Shown one piece after another: positions 1-11,022 of a stretch of DNA of 32,000 bases. The position numbers and the translations under genes are program-made. The DNA is taken from contig NZ_CP011035.1 in assembly GCF_001465295.1 (NCBI RefSeq), positions 150,001-182,000 of the forward strand, read 5' to 3'. Below the pieces are notes generated by a model, which worked only from the letters and a program-made list of their open reading frames with translations, was not told where the DNA came from and searched no databases. How positions within the stretch are numbered: position 1 is the stretch's first letter; each line of letters begins with the position of its first letter. This stretch comes from Pseudoalteromonas translucida KMM 520. GTDB lineage: Bacteria > Pseudomonadota > Gammaproteobacteria > Enterobacterales > Alteromonadaceae.

Positions 1-936
1 ATTGGTGCTAAAGACACACAGCAAATGCAGCAGTATTTAGCGTCGCTCGATCAAAGCTTAGAAGATAGCCGAGTAAACAGTACCGAAGATAGTAAAGACT
101 CGGCATTTGGTCGTAAGGGCGACGAGACAATGCAACAAGGCTTTGAATTGTTTAAAGGGGCTTTTGCAAGTATGTCGTCGGCGGCTGAACGTTATAGCAG
201 TATAGAGTCACTTGCAGATAAGCAATTTAATGACGGGCGCGCTATGGTTGCCGATTTAGTCGATAACATGATCACGAACGATCCTCGCTATCAAGGGCTT
301 GGCAACAGTACGCAAAATTCTTTAGGGGCGGGCATTTCTAAGTTAGCTGACTTTGATGCAAAATTTGAGTTTGCTATGGACAGAGGCGACTATCAGCCAA
401 AAAGTAATGTTGCGCTAAACCAAACCACCGAGCAACAAAAGTCAGGTGAGCTAAAAGGGGTTACGCAAAGTAAAAACGTAAGTAGTCATTTTGATTACCA
501 GAATACCCGGCCCGATTATTACGACAGCGAAGAAGGTTACAATATTAATACCGCCGTTAAAAATAACGAGTTAGTTGGACTTGATCAATACCAGCAAATA
601 GATATTGATAAAAAAACCTATCAATACAACCAAGATAAATCACAGTATGAGCTAAAAATGGCACTTACTGAAAAAACCACTAACGAAAGTAACATTCGCC
701 TTATTAACGATATTTGGCTTGAAAGCAACGAAAACAGCTACAACATGAATAAAAAAGAGCGTGTTGAGAGTGACGAAAAGCAAGACGACTTTAAAACAAG
801 CAGCAGTCATTCTCATAATAAGTTAGTTACCTTAATTGGTGATTTAGATAAGCTGGCTGAAAATAAAGACGTAAGACGCGAGTATTTAACGCAGTTATCA
901 CAAGTAAACTTTTTTATGAATAACAATAAACAATAG
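1..936 (+). CDS. hypothetical protein, 5'-truncated by the window edge (Asn/Gln/Asp/Ser-rich, no domain recognised)
   Basis: Frame 1 is open from nt 1: ATT GGT GCT AAA GAC ACA CAG CAA precede the first ATG at 25. Stop TAG is at 934-936. It is a long ORF with no competitor. Confidence 0.5.
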   Translation: MGAKDTQQMQQYLASLDQSLEDSRVNSTEDSKDSAFGRKGDETMQQGFELFKGAFASMSSAAERYSSIESLADKQFNDGRAMVADLVDNMITNDPRYQGLGNSTQNSLGAGISKLADFDAKFEFAMDRGDYQPKSNVALNQTTEQQKSGELKGVTQSKNVSSHFDYQNTRPDYYDSEEGYNINTAVKNNELVGLDQYQQIDIDKKTYQYNQDKSQYELKMALTEKTTNESNIRLINDIWLESNENSYNMNKKERVESDEKQDDFKTSSSHSHNKLVTLIGDLDKLAENKDVRREYLTQLSQVNFFMNNNKQ

Positions 937-1056
937 CTTAATTATAGTAATGCTATTGACTTTTTTTGGTTGTAAAATAGCCGTATATCAACTTAACTTA
1001 TACTCTTAAATAGAGTAAATAAAACACTCACAGTATTAATACAAAAAGGCGCCTTA

Positions 1057-1518
1057 ATGTTTAAAAAATTAGTTTTATTCTTTTTTCTGTGTTTGCCACT
1101 GTCCACTTTTGGGGCTACAGCGCCTTATACTGGGGGAATTAGCGCGGCAGATTTACTTGCAGAATATGATAACTTTGCTCAGCAATATAAAAAATTTACC
1201 CCTACCAAACAAGATATTACGCTAATACAAAAATTAAAGGGGAAGGAGTTAACCGTATTGTTTGGTACTTGGTGCCATGATAGCGCGCGCGAAGTTCCGC
1301 GTTTAATTAAACTGCTTGATCAGTCAAAAGTGCAATTAGAGAGTATTAAATTTGTAGCCGTAGGGTACAACAAGCAAGATGCTAGCGGCGTAGCACAAGC
1401 TCACAATTTACAATATACCCCTACTATTATAGTTAGCCAAAATGGCAAAGAACTAACACGTATGGTTGAAAAACCAGCGGGCACACTTGCACAAGATCTT
1501 ACAAAAAACCTACCTTAA
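1057..1518 (+). CDS. secreted thioredoxin-fold protein (TlpA-like, WCxxS motif)
   Basis: Hydrophobic N-terminal signal sequence (MFKKLVLFFFLCLPLSTFGA). FGTWCHDSAREVP is a thioredoxin-type W-C-x-x-S active-site motif. Size is about 150 aa. Confidence 0.6.
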   Translation: MFKKLVLFFFLCLPLSTFGATAPYTGGISAADLLAEYDNFAQQYKKFTPTKQDITLIQKLKGKELTVLFGTWCHDSAREVPRLIKLLDQSKVQLESIKFVAVGYNKQDASGVAQAHNLQYTPTIIVSQNGKELTRMVEKPAGTLAQDLTKNLP

Positions 1519-1542
1519 TAATGACTGAGCTTGCAGGTAAAA

Positions 1543-1565
1543 GGCGCTGAGTAATGATCAGCGCC
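1543..1565. terminator. hairpin between convergent genes (ggcgctga-N7-tcagcgcc)
   Basis: Perfect 8-bp GC-rich stem between the stops of 1057..1518(+) and 1573..3300(-). There is no clear U-tract on either side. Confidence 0.35.
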
Positions 1566-1572
1566 ACCGACA

Positions 1573-3300
1573 TCAAATAACGGATTTTTGCTGTGTAATC
1601 CATTCATTTATTACCGCTTCTAATACCGCCATTGGCAGTGAACCTTGACCGATAACAGTGTCGTGAAAATGGCGTATATCAAACTTAGCGCCCAGTTCTT
1701 TTTCGGCTTTTGCGCGCAGTTCACGTATTTTTAGCTCGCCCATTTTGTAAGACAGTGCTTGGCCTGGCCAAGAAATATAACGATCTATTTGATCCTCAAC
1801 CGCACTTTGCGGTAAGGCTGTGTGCTTGGCTAAATAATCAATAGCGTGTTGGCGGCTCCAGCCAAAGGCATGAATACCGGTATCAACCACTAAACGCACT
1901 GCGCGCCACATTTCGTAGCCCAAACGGCCAAAGTCGCTGTAAGGGTCTTGATAAAATCCAGCTTCTTTGCCTAAACGTTCGCTATACAAGCCCCAGCCTT
2001 CGCCAAATGCAGAGTGGCTTAAGGTGCGTCTAAACTCAGGAACATTTAACTCCATGGCAACGGCATTTTGTAAATGATGCCCAGGAATCGCTTCGTGTAA
2101 ACTCAGTGCCTCTAGGTTATATAAAGGTTGTAGGGACGGTGTTGAAGCTAAAAAATAAGTACCTGGTGAGCGGTTATCAGGCGGTGGCATATAAAACGCG
2201 CCGCGACTCGCTGAGCCTTTAATGGTAAAGGTATTGCGCGGTAAATGACCAAAATAGGTGGGTAACTTGCCATACATTTTTTGGGTAATGAAAGCGGTTT
2301 TTTCGAGCAAGTCTTGCGCGTCTGTTGCGTAAAATTGCTCATCGTTCGCTAAAAATTCTAAAAACTCAGCGTAAGTGCCAGCAAAGCCCACTTTATCAAT
2401 GATGTTTTGCATTTGCGTTTTTATACGTGCGACTTCCTTTAAGCCAAGTTCGTGTATTTGTTTTGGCGTGGCATTGGTGGTGGTGTAATGATTTACCGTA
2501 TATTTATAATAATCAAGGCCATCTTTAACACTTGAAATACCAGGCTCGGCTCTGCAATTAGGCATGTAATCGTTTTCAAAAAAGTCGTAAAAGTACTGAT
2601 AAGCAGGTACTACTTTTGAGCTAATTAAAGCTTTTGCTTTGTTTTGATATGTGGCTTTTTGCTCTGCACTAAACGTACTCGGAATCCGGGTAAAGGGCTC
2701 GTATAAGGCGCTGTTTTCAGGTTTTTTAACGATATGAGCGCTAATGCTACTGCTGTAATTTTCAAAGGTTTTACAGTAGTGCGTATAACCATTTTTAATC
2801 CCTGCTTTCATCAAGTTAATGTTTTCTTTATTAAAACGAGGGTAGTCGGCAAGGCTGACTAAAAAGTTATCATAATCATTAGCAGTTAAAAATGCCATAT
2901 TGGCCGGTGCTTCAGCAAAGTAGGTATGCCAGCCGCTTAAAAAGTTTACTGGAAAATACTTATCCTGAAATAGATAGCTTTGTTGCTCGGTTTCTCGTTC
3001 ATATTTAAATAATCGGTAATTCATTAATTGCGCGTCGCTGAGCTTGCTAGGATCAATGTTTTTTAAATTGTCGAGCACGGCATCATTGTACTGTTGACGC
3101 TGAGCAATAGCGTGCTCGGTCCAATTAGCTAACTTGCCATTGGGTTTCCAGCCGTCGGGATCGGTACGAAAAAATATTTTTTCGGCTTGGGCGTGTTGCC
3201 AATGTTTATCAATTATATTTTTTAAATCGGTATTGTTATCAGCCATACTTGGCAGCGAAACTAGGGTTAAGCAAATAGCTAAAATACTTTTTTTGAACAT
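1573..3300 (-). CDS. DUF885-family secreted protein (putative metallopeptidase-like, HExxPGHH motif)
   Basis: Signal peptide MFKKSILAICLTLVSLPSMA. LHEAIPGHHLQ matches the conserved DUF885 motif. The 575-aa length is typical of the family. Confidence 0.7.
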   Translation of the reverse strand: MFKKSILAICLTLVSLPSMADNNTDLKNIIDKHWQHAQAEKIFFRTDPDGWKPNGKLANWTEHAIAQRQQYNDAVLDNLKNIDPSKLSDAQLMNYRLFKYERETEQQSYLFQDKYFPVNFLSGWHTYFAEAPANMAFLTANDYDNFLVSLADYPRFNKENINLMKAGIKNGYTHYCKTFENYSSSISAHIVKKPENSALYEPFTRIPSTFSAEQKATYQNKAKALISSKVVPAYQYFYDFFENDYMPNCRAEPGISSVKDGLDYYKYTVNHYTTTNATPKQIHELGLKEVARIKTQMQNIIDKVGFAGTYAEFLEFLANDEQFYATDAQDLLEKTAFITQKMYGKLPTYFGHLPRNTFTIKGSASRGAFYMPPPDNRSPGTYFLASTPSLQPLYNLEALSLHEAIPGHHLQNAVAMELNVPEFRRTLSHSAFGEGWGLYSERLGKEAGFYQDPYSDFGRLGYEMWRAVRLVVDTGIHAFGWSRQHAIDYLAKHTALPQSAVEDQIDRYISWPGQALSYKMGELKIRELRAKAEKELGAKFDIRHFHDTVIGQGSLPMAVLEAVINEWITQQKSVI

Positions 3301-3457
3301 GTTTATCTCGTTTTAGCGAGTTAATTTTTATCGTTCAAGATTAACACGTGCTGTTTATAGATAACACTTTGTTAGTGCGGTTAACTTTCAGTACTCGCTT
3401 ATTCGTTTTTAGCGGCTTAGAATGGTGTAAAGTAAACCCAATTTAAATATAAGTACC

Positions 3458-4072
3458 ATGTTAAATAGCGCACCTGATAAAACAATGCTTAACCAAGTAA
3501 TAACTTTAATTGATCAAGCAAATAGGCAAGACCCTAATACTGAAATATACAATGCTCAGAGCCTGCCAAAAGAAAGTTTATACGCAACTCGTATGAGCGA
3601 AATGTTAGCGCGTTTTAACCCTAATGCTGATGAGCTTATGCAAATAGCAGTACGCGGCCAGCATATTGAACGCTGGCAGTCGCCGCGCAGTAACTTTGCT
3701 ATGAATAAGCAGGGGTATCATCAGTGGCGTAGTGCACTTTATATATTTCATGCCTCAAGGGTAATTGAGTTGATGCAACAAGTTGGCTTTAATGAAGCGC
3801 AGCAACAGCGGGTTTATGCCGCGGTTGCTAAGCAAGATATTAAACGCAACCCAGATAGCCAACTCGTTGAAGATGTAGCAAGTTTGGTGTTTATTGAACA
3901 TTACATGCTGGCATTTACCAGTACCAAACCAGATTATGATGAACAAAAATGGCTAGGCATTATTCGTCGTACGTGGCAAAAAATGTCAGTAGAGGCGCGT
4001 GATTTTGTGCTTGCTGGTAATATTATATTACCCGAACCGTTAGTTGGGCTTATTCATAAAGCGGTTGCGTAA
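3458..4072 (+). CDS. DUF4202-family protein
   Basis: About 200 aa. The blocks ...LYA.RM...L....P.A.E......R.QHI.RW..PRS.......GY..WR... and ...LEDV..LVF.EHY... match DUF4202 proteins as I remember them. The start could be the second Met (MLNQ). Confidence 0.6.
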   Translation: MLNSAPDKTMLNQVITLIDQANRQDPNTEIYNAQSLPKESLYATRMSEMLARFNPNADELMQIAVRGQHIERWQSPRSNFAMNKQGYHQWRSALYIFHASRVIELMQQVGFNEAQQQRVYAAVAKQDIKRNPDSQLVEDVASLVFIEHYMLAFTSTKPDYDEQKWLGIIRRTWQKMSVEARDFVLAGNIILPEPLVGLIHKAVA

Positions 4073-4091
4073 TACTTTATTTTAAACAAAA

Positions 4092-4120
4092 AAATGGCGT
4101 ACATTTAATATACGCCATTT
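4092..4120. terminator. bidirectional hairpin terminator (aaatggcgta-N9-tacgccattt) between DUF4202 gene and der
   Basis: Perfect 10-bp inverted repeat with an A-run upstream and T-rich sequence downstream, between convergent 3' ends. Confidence 0.5.
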
Positions 4121-4130
4121 AATATTTTAG

Positions 4131-4165
4131 TACCTAGTACCTAGTACCTAGTACCTAGTACCTAT
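4131..4165. repeat. heptanucleotide tandem repeat (TACCTAG)x4 plus TACCTAT
   Basis: Read directly: tacctag tacctag tacctag tacctag tacctat. The last unit contains the der stop codon (cta at 4162-4164, which is TAG on the minus strand). Confidence 0.95.
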
Positions 4166-5625
4166 TTGTTACGGTTTTCTTTACTAAACGCACGAATTTT
4201 ACGTTTTTGCGATAGTGTTATTTTATTAACACGTCCGGCAAATGGGTTATCACCTTCTCTAAATTCGATTTTGATAGGTGTGCCCATAATTTTCAGTGCT
4301 TTACGGTAGTAGTTCATTAGGTAGCGTTTATAGCTATCAGGTAAATCATGAACTTGGTTACCATGAATAACGATACGTGGTGGGTTATAACCACCGGCAT
4401 GCGCATATTTAAGCTTAACACGGCGACCACGAACAAGTGGTGGCTGATGATCCGCTTGTGCCATGTCCATAATACGACGTAACATTGCGGTGCTTATACG
4501 CTTAGTAGCTGACTCGTAAGCTTCATCTACCGACTCAAATAAATGACCTACGCCAGTACCGTGTAATGCCGATATAAAGTGTAGGCGGGCAAAGTCGATA
4601 AAGCCTAAGCGACGGTCTAGTTCTGATTTAATACGATCTTTAACATAATCGTCTAAGCCATCCCATTTGTTCACCGCAATAACCAGTGAACGGCCAGAGT
4701 TAAGTGCAAAACCTAATAAGCTTAAATCTTGATCAGAAATACCCGCACGAGCATCAACTACTAATAACACTACGTTACAATCCTCAATTGCTTGTAGGGT
4801 TTTAATCACTGAGAACTTTTCAACCACGTCGCTTACTTTTTTACGCTTACGCACACCCGCTGTGTCGATTAAAATATATTCTTTGTCGTTACGGGTCATC
4901 GGAATATAAATAGAATCGCGGGTTGTACCTGGCATATCGTAAACAATTACACGTTCTTCACCGAGTATACGGTTGGTAAGTGTTGACTTGCCTACGTTAG
5001 GGCGACCAATAATGGCTAGCTTTACCGGTTTATCTGCAAATGCTTGATGAGAGTCATCTTCACTGTCTTCTTGGTATAAATCGATAAGCTCTTCATCATC
5101 GTTACTTACATCTTCATCAAGCGCCGCTAATTCAGCAATTAAAGGCTGTAGCGTTTGCTCAAGTAATAACGTAATACCGCGGCCATGTGATGCAGCAATA
5201 TGATGAATTTCGCCCAGCGATAATTGATAGAACTCAGCGCAGTTTGAATCGGCGTCAATACCGTCGGTTTTGTTAGCAACCACAAAGCATTTTTTCTCTT
5301 GCTTGCGCAAGTGATTAGCAATGGCTTGGTCAGCTACTGTCATACCAACACGGGCATCAACTAAAAACAGTACTATATCGGCTTCTTCAATGGCGAGCAG
5401 AGACTGATCAGCCATTTCGATTTCAATGCCTTCTTCAGAACCATCAATACCGCCCGTGTCTACCACGATAAATTCATAGCCATCGTAATTTGCTTGGCCA
5501 TATTTTCTATCACGAGTTAAACCTGGAAAATCGGCTACAAGCGCGTCACGAGTACGTGTTAAACGGTTAAATAATGTGGATTTGCCCACATTGGGTCGCC
5601 CCACTAGAGCGATCACGGGAAGCAT
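4162..5625 (-). CDS. der: ribosome-associated GTPase Der (EngA), double GTPase domain
   Basis: Two G1 motifs GRPNVGKST (N-terminal and mid-protein), DTGG/DTAG, NKTD/NKWD, and a KH-like C-terminus. It sits directly downstream of bamB, as in other gammaproteobacteria. Confidence 0.96.
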   Translation of the reverse strand: MLPVIALVGRPNVGKSTLFNRLTRTRDALVADFPGLTRDRKYGQANYDGYEFIVVDTGGIDGSEEGIEIEMADQSLLAIEEADIVLFLVDARVGMTVADQAIANHLRKQEKKCFVVANKTDGIDADSNCAEFYQLSLGEIHHIAASHGRGITLLLEQTLQPLIAELAALDEDVSNDDEELIDLYQEDSEDDSHQAFADKPVKLAIIGRPNVGKSTLTNRILGEERVIVYDMPGTTRDSIYIPMTRNDKEYILIDTAGVRKRKKVSDVVEKFSVIKTLQAIEDCNVVLLVVDARAGISDQDLSLLGFALNSGRSLVIAVNKWDGLDDYVKDRIKSELDRRLGFIDFARLHFISALHGTGVGHLFESVDEAYESATKRISTAMLRRIMDMAQADHQPPLVRGRRVKLKYAHAGGYNPPRIVIHGNQVHDLPDSYKRYLMNYYRKALKIMGTPIKIEFREGDNPFAGRVNKITLSQKRKIRAFSKENRNK

Positions 5626-5650
5626 AAACTACCTCTTTAAAAAACAACAA

Positions 5651-5673
5651 AAGGCTTCGCGTTGCGAAGCCTT
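5651..5673 (-). terminator. hairpin (aaggcttcgc-gtt-gcgaagcctt) between bamB and der
   Basis: Perfect 10-bp stem. On the minus strand it is followed by the T-rich tract ttgttgtttttt. It could be a terminator or an attenuator upstream of der. Confidence 0.45.
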
Positions 5674-5718
5674 ACAAAAAATAATTAACTATTAGTGGGT
5701 TATACTAATAATCATAAG

Positions 5719-6897
5719 TTAGTTTGGTATTTGTACCGCACTAACTTCCCCATCTCGGGTATATAAAATCAGTTTATCGTTGGCAACAACAGGCTCAACA
5801 AAAAAGCCTGAACTGTCAAAGTCTTCACGAGATACTAGCTCGCCAGTGACTTTATTTAGCCAATGTAGGTTACCTTCTTGATCCCCTAACGCTAAATATT
5901 CACCTGCAACTGCAGGGCCTGTTAAATACCAACCACGTAGAGCGGGTTGGCTCCAACGTTCAATACCTGAATCTTTATCCAATGCGTAAATAACACCGTT
6001 GCTATCTACTACATAAATACTTTGTGCATCCATGGCAATATCGCGATAACTGCTGTACTCACGTTTCCATACAATATTACCAGAACGAATATCAACTGCT
6101 GCTAGGTTGCCGTTATAGGCAATAGCATAAGCGTATGGGCCGCTAATAAGTGGTTGCGTGTCTACATCAACTAGACGCTCAAACTCTGAAGCACCTTTAG
6201 CAACTGCAATTTCGGCACTCCATGCAGAGTAACCACTGTCTGAAATTAATACGCTTAATTTGCCGGTTTCTAGACCAACTAATACACCGCCATTTGCAAC
6301 AGTAGGCGCGCTTTGTCCACGTAAGGTTAGCGCGGGTACTTCTTGCTCAAAGCGCCAGCGTTCTTCACCCGTATCAGGGTGAAGGGCTAATAACTTACCC
6401 GAAGCTAAATTTACAAATACCAAACCGTCACCGGCAGCTGGTTTTGAAAGTGCTTCACCGGGTACGTTTTTACGCCAAACTTCTTCACCAGTTTCACGAT
6501 CTAGGGCAATAACATAGCCATGCTCTGAACCTAAATATATTTTACCATAAGCTTGTAATATTCCGCCCGATAATTTTGCACTATCGTTATCGGCCCATGG
6601 CCAAAACGACACATCTTGGCGCACATCGCTTTTCCACAGTGTATCGCCATTTTCTAGCTTAAGCGCTTTTACTTGGCCTTCGCGGTTAGCAACGTATACA
6701 GTATCTTTATATACAGCAGGTGATAAGCGTGAAAAATAATGCTCTACACCATTACCAATTGATTCTTGCCATACAATATTAGTTTCAAACTGGTTGGCTA
6801 TTTCAGGCAAAACCAGTTCTTCTTCGTCATCACTTGACGAGCAACCCATTAAAGTTGCCATGCAAAGTGCAAGCGTTGCGATTGTTATTTTTTTCAT
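5719..6897 (-). CDS. bamB: outer membrane protein assembly factor BamB (YfgL), PQQ-like beta-propeller lipoprotein
   Basis: Lipobox LMGCSS, repeated W/G beta-propeller blades (..G.v.AlD..tG...W), 392 aa, and the syntenic position between yfgM and der. Confidence 0.9.
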   Translation of the reverse strand: MKKITIATLALCMATLMGCSSSDDEEELVLPEIANQFETNIVWQESIGNGVEHYFSRLSPAVYKDTVYVANREGQVKALKLENGDTLWKSDVRQDVSFWPWADNDSAKLSGGILQAYGKIYLGSEHGYVIALDRETGEEVWRKNVPGEALSKPAAGDGLVFVNLASGKLLALHPDTGEERWRFEQEVPALTLRGQSAPTVANGGVLVGLETGKLSVLISDSGYSAWSAEIAVAKGASEFERLVDVDTQPLISGPYAYAIAYNGNLAAVDIRSGNIVWKREYSSYRDIAMDAQSIYVVDSNGVIYALDKDSGIERWSQPALRGWYLTGPAVAGEYLALGDQEGNLHWLNKVTGELVSREDFDSSGFFVEPVVANDKLILYTRDGEVSAVQIPN

Positions 6898-6907
6898 AGC
6901 TAAAACC

Positions 6908-7528
6908 TTATGCCGCTGGGCTTGTTACTGCTAGGTCATCTAACTTAATTTGTAGTAGCGGATTACTGGTTAGTCCACCGGCATCAACCGCAGCTTGATA
7001 TGCTACGCGAGCTTGCTTTTTGTCGCCTTGCTTAGTGTAAATATCACCTTTAAGCTCTGCAACATTAGCAGAAAATGCGTCAGGTAATGATGCATTTAAC
7101 GACGTTAGTGCTTCATCATACTGCTGCTGGGCAATTTGAATACGAGCTAGGCGTGTAATAGCAATGGCTTTTAACTCATCGTTTTTTACGTTAGACACTA
7201 TCCAGCTTAGCTTTTCGCTTGCGACGTCTAGCTTATTTGCTTCTACAGCATCTTTAGCCGCTACAAATGCAGCTAAGGTTGCGTAGTTGGTATTTTCATT
7301 TTCGCTAATAAAAGTATCAGCTGACGATAATACACTGTCGCTTGAAACCAATGCTGTGTAAGCGTCTGATGCTTGCTCAGCTGTGGTTATTTGGTTTTGG
7401 TTATACGCTTTCCAGCCATATAAACCACCTAAACCTACAATTACACCTAGCGCAAGAGAAAGGCCGTTCTCACGGAAAAAGCGCTTAATGGCTTCTGCTT
7501 GTTGTTCTTCTGTTGAATAAATATCCAT
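6908..7528 (-). CDS. yfgM: YfgM-family membrane-anchored TPR-like protein (ancillary SecYEG translocon subunit)
   Basis: N-terminus ..EEQQAEAIKRFFRENG followed by one transmembrane (TM) helix, then a helical TPR-like C-terminus. It lies at the conserved hisS-yfgM-bamB position. Confidence 0.75.
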   Translation of the reverse strand: MDIYSTEEQQAEAIKRFFRENGLSLALGVIVGLGGLYGWKAYNQNQITTAEQASDAYTALVSSDSVLSSADTFISENENTNYATLAAFVAAKDAVEANKLDVASEKLSWIVSNVKNDELKAIAITRLARIQIAQQQYDEALTSLNASLPDAFSANVAELKGDIYTKQGDKKQARVAYQAAVDAGGLTSNPLLQIKLDDLAVTSPAA

Positions 7529-7574
7529 TTTTACCTCTGTGATAGCGTTGGCATTAATATGCTTTTATTAAATA

Positions 7575-8855
7575 TTAGCTATTAATAAGCTCTGCTAATA
7601 GCGCTTTAGCTTGTTCTAATTCTAATGTGACTTGTTCTTTACGTTCGCGTAAATACTTAATGGTCACAACGCCTTGTTCTAATTCATCTTCACCGATAAT
7701 AACAGCAACGAGAGCATCGCTTTTATCAGCACGTTTTAATTGTTTTTTAAAGTTACCGCCGCCAGCGTGCACCATAACGCGCAAATTTGGCACATCGCGT
7801 CGAAGCTGAGCCGCAATAATAGGTGCTTGAATACTGGCTTTGTCGCCCATTGATGCTAAATATACATCAGCACTGCGACGAATGTCACCTACACACTCAA
7901 GTGCTTGTAGTAGTAGTACTAAGCGCTCAAGGCCCATTGCAAAACCTACTGCAGGGGTCGCTTTTCCGCCTAGTTGCTCAACTAAGCCATCGTAACGCCC
8001 ACCGGCACACACAGTACCTTGCGCGCCTAAGCTGTCGGTGATCCATTCAAACACAGTGCGGTTGTAATAATCTAAACCACGTACCAGTTTTTCGTTAATC
8101 GTGTATTTGACGCCAGCTGCGTCTAAACGTTCACATAAATTTGCAAAATGTTCTTTTGATTCAGTGTCTAAATGCTCAGATAGCTTAGGTGCATTAGTTA
8201 AAATAGCTTGCACGTCAGGGTTTTTACTATCAAGTACACGTAGTGGGTTTGAATACATACGACGCTTTGAATCTTCGTCAAGTACATCAAGGTGTTGCTC
8301 AAGATAGACAACCAGTGCATCACGGTAATTGGCACGTGCTTCGTTTGAACCTAACGAATTAAGTTCTAAACGTACATGTTCGCTAATCCCAAACGATTCC
8401 CATAATTGCGCTGTAAGTAAAATAACTTCTGCATCAATGTCGGCACTCGCAATACCAAAGGTTTCTAAACCAAATTGGTGAAACTGGCGATAGCGGCCTT
8501 TTTGCGGACGTTCATGGCGAAACATTGGGCCCATATACCAAAGGCGTTGTTCTTGGTTATACAGTAAGCCATTTTCGTTTCCTGCGCGTACACACACGGC
8601 GGTGCCTTCAGGGCGAAGCGTAAGTAAGTCGCCATTACGATCGGCAAAGGTGTACATTTCTTTTTCTACTATATCGGTTACTTCACCAATAGAGCGTTTA
8701 AATAGGTCGGTTGATTCTACAATTGGAAAACGAATTTCTTGATAACCGAACGACGCAACGGTTTCGCGTAAAATATTTTCTACTTTTTGCCAAACTTGAG
8801 TATCGCCCGGTAGGCAATCGTTCATACCGCGAACTGCTTGAATTTGTTTTGCCAC
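7575..8855 (-). CDS. hisS: histidine--tRNA ligase
   Basis: [13 protein letters not shown] start, class II motifs ([30 protein letters not shown]), 426 aa. Confidence 0.97.
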   Translation of the reverse strand: MAKQIQAVRGMNDCLPGDTQVWQKVENILRETVASFGYQEIRFPIVESTDLFKRSIGEVTDIVEKEMYTFADRNGDLLTLRPEGTAVCVRAGNENGLLYNQEQRLWYMGPMFRHERPQKGRYRQFHQFGLETFGIASADIDAEVILLTAQLWESFGISEHVRLELNSLGSNEARANYRDALVVYLEQHLDVLDEDSKRRMYSNPLRVLDSKNPDVQAILTNAPKLSEHLDTESKEHFANLCERLDAAGVKYTINEKLVRGLDYYNRTVFEWITDSLGAQGTVCAGGRYDGLVEQLGGKATPAVGFAMGLERLVLLLQALECVGDIRRSADVYLASMGDKASIQAPIIAAQLRRDVPNLRVMVHAGGGNFKKQLKRADKSDALVAVIIGEDELEQGVVTIKYLRERKEQVTLELEQAKALLAELINS

Positions 8856-9034
8856 TGCTAAATCCTAAAAACTGTTGTTGTACAATGCTTGACTGCGACA
8901 ACATAAAACTAAAAAAATTGACCCGATATTATAACCCTAATTTACACGTAAATGCGAGCTTAGAGGCGCGCTATCGCTAAGTTACCCAGCGATAGCATAA
9001 TTTAAATAAAGGCCAAACTAACTAATTAAAGGTG

Positions 9035-10153
9035 TTACTCAACGATTTTAATATCGATAGGTGTTTGGTTTTGTTTTTTTGCAATAAAATCGCGCACGTA
9101 GCCTTCAAGTTGTTCAACAATATTATTGTTATCAATACGGGCTTTTTGGCGTTCGCCATTTATATATAATCCTGAGCGACGACTCGCGCCGGCTAAACCA
9201 ATATCACTTACCAATGCTTCGCCAGGGCCGTTTACTACACAGCCAATCACTGAGACCGAAACCGGTTCAATAATATCCTCTAAGCGCTCTTCTAATTGGT
9301 TCATGGTGCTAACTACATCAAACTCTTGGCGAGAGCAACTAGGGCACGCAATAAAGTTAATACCGCGAGAGCGAATACGCAGTGATTTTAAAATATCAAA
9401 ACCAACTTTAATTTCTTGCACCGGATCGGCTGCCAACGAAACACGTAGCGTATCGCCAATCCCTTCGGCAAGCAACATGCCTAAACCGACTGCCGATTTA
9501 ACCGAACCTGAGCGCATGCCACCGGCTTCGGTGATACCTAAATGCAGAGGTTGATCTATTTCTTTTGCAAGCAAGCGATAAGCACCGACAGCTAAAAACA
9601 CGTCAGACGCTTTTACCGATATTTTAAATTGATCAAAGTCTAAACGGCGCAATATATTTACATGGCGCATTGCCGACTCTAATAATGCCTCGGGCGATGG
9701 CTCGCCGTATTTTTCTTGTAAATCACGCTCTAATGAGCCGCCATTGACACCAATACGAATAGGAATATTGTGCTCGCGAGCCGCGTCAACCACAGCTCTA
9801 ATTCGCTCTTCGCTGCCAATATTACCAGGGTTAATACGCAGACAATCTACGCCATATTTTGCCACTTTTAAGGCAATACGGTAATCAAAGTGAATATCGG
9901 CTACTAACGGTATAGATACTTGCTCTTTAATGCTTTTAAACGCTTCGGCGGCGTCCATAGTGGGCACAGATACGCGCACTATATCGGCGCCGGCATCTTG
10001 TATTGCCTGAATCTGCGCTACGGTTGCATCTACATCCATAGTGTCGGTGTTAGTCATTGACTGCACGGCAATGGGAGCGCCATCACCTATAGGTACATTA
10101 CCAACATTAATACGGGTTGATTTTCTGCGTTTTATTGGGGATTCTGAAAACAT
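9035..10153 (-). CDS. ispG: 4-hydroxy-3-methylbut-2-en-1-yl diphosphate synthase (flavodoxin)
   Basis: Clear IspG/GcpE sequence ([34 protein letters not shown]..., [10 protein letters not shown]), 372 aa. Confidence 0.97.
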   Translation of the reverse strand: MFSESPIKRRKSTRINVGNVPIGDGAPIAVQSMTNTDTMDVDATVAQIQAIQDAGADIVRVSVPTMDAAEAFKSIKEQVSIPLVADIHFDYRIALKVAKYGVDCLRINPGNIGSEERIRAVVDAAREHNIPIRIGVNGGSLERDLQEKYGEPSPEALLESAMRHVNILRRLDFDQFKISVKASDVFLAVGAYRLLAKEIDQPLHLGITEAGGMRSGSVKSAVGLGMLLAEGIGDTLRVSLAADPVQEIKVGFDILKSLRIRSRGINFIACPSCSRQEFDVVSTMNQLEERLEDIIEPVSVSVIGCVVNGPGEALVSDIGLAGASRRSGLYINGERQKARIDNNNIVEQLEGYVRDFIAKKQNQTPIDIKIVE

Positions 10154-10158
10154 AGCGG

Positions 10159-11022
10159 CTACTCTGCTAGTGGTAATTTAAATTTAGCTAAACGATTTTT
10201 TGGAAAAGCTGATAGATCAACAGCTTCACCGTTTAGAGTAATATTAACTGCATCATGCTTACCCAGCACAACTGAAAAAGGAGCTATGCCTGTTAAGGTC
10301 ATTTCATAGCCCGCTTTTTTTACTCCAAACGCAATTTTTTCACCTTCGGCATCATAAATTTCTACCCAGCTCTCATCATTAAAAAGCATAACGATAGTAC
10401 TGCTATTGTTTGCTTCATTTGGGGCTGGGGCGGCGGTGTTATTTGTACTATTAGTGCTAGGTAGCGCGCTTAATTGCTCACTTTGCGGTAATGCTACATT
10501 ATTTTTTTCCAGAACTTGCTGCTGTGATGCGTCAATATTACTTTGCGCAGCCTGCTCTTGTTGTTCACTCATTATCGAGTTTTCAACATTAATATTACTC
10601 GTTTGCTCTTCAATAGGCATAGCAGTTTGCCACCACCACAAGGCAGAGGAGCCAATTACAATGGCTAAAATAATATAGCTGGCAATCATTAAACGGCTGT
10701 CGTTAGCTTCTTTTTCGGTACGACGCGAAAAACTCTGCATATCAACGGGTTTTTCAGGCGTTGTAGGTGCAGGCAACATAGCCAAAATAGGTGTATGATC
10801 AATTTTTAGCTCTCGGCAATAATTTTTTATATACCCTTTTACAAAGGTTGTAGGGCCAAGTAGTTGATATTCATCATTTTCCATGCGCTGTATTTGTAAC
10901 ACAGTCAGTTTTAAATGTGTTGCCATAGTAGCAAGGCTAATGTCAGCGTTTTCTCTGTGTGTTTTTAATATTTGCCCAAGAGAAGGTTGTTCGCTTTGGG
11001 GCTGAGTAATTTCTTCATTCAT
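10159..11022 (-). CDS. rodZ: cytoskeleton protein RodZ (XRE-type HTH, TM helix, DUF4115 C-terminal domain)
   Basis: N-terminal HTH ([25 protein letters not shown]), central TM helix ([20 protein letters not shown]), low-complexity linker and a beta-rich C-terminus. It lies between pilF/W and ispG, and its ATG overlaps the upstream stop (ATGA at 11019-11022). Confidence 0.8.
   Translation of the reverse strand: MNEEITQPQSEQPSLGQILKTHRENADISLATMATHLKLTVLQIQRMENDEYQLLGPTTFVKGYIKNYCRELKIDHTPILAMLPAPTTPEKPVDMQSFSRRTEKEANDSRLMIASYIILAIVIGSSALWWWQTAMPIEEQTSNINVENSIMSEQQEQAAQSNIDASQQQVLEKNNVALPQSEQLSALPSTNSTNNTAAPAPNEANNSSTIVMLFNDESWVEIYDAEGEKIAFGVKKAGYEMTLTGIAPFSVVLGKHDAVNITLNGEAVDLSAFPKNRLAKFKLPLAE

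Noticed and set aside
8970-8996. A 9-bp hairpin (gctatcgct-N9-agcgatagc) between ispG and hisS, as a possible terminator.
   Set aside because: There is no U-tract on the minus strand after the stem. ispG and hisS are commonly co-transcribed, or hisS has its own promoter. The evidence is too weak to call.
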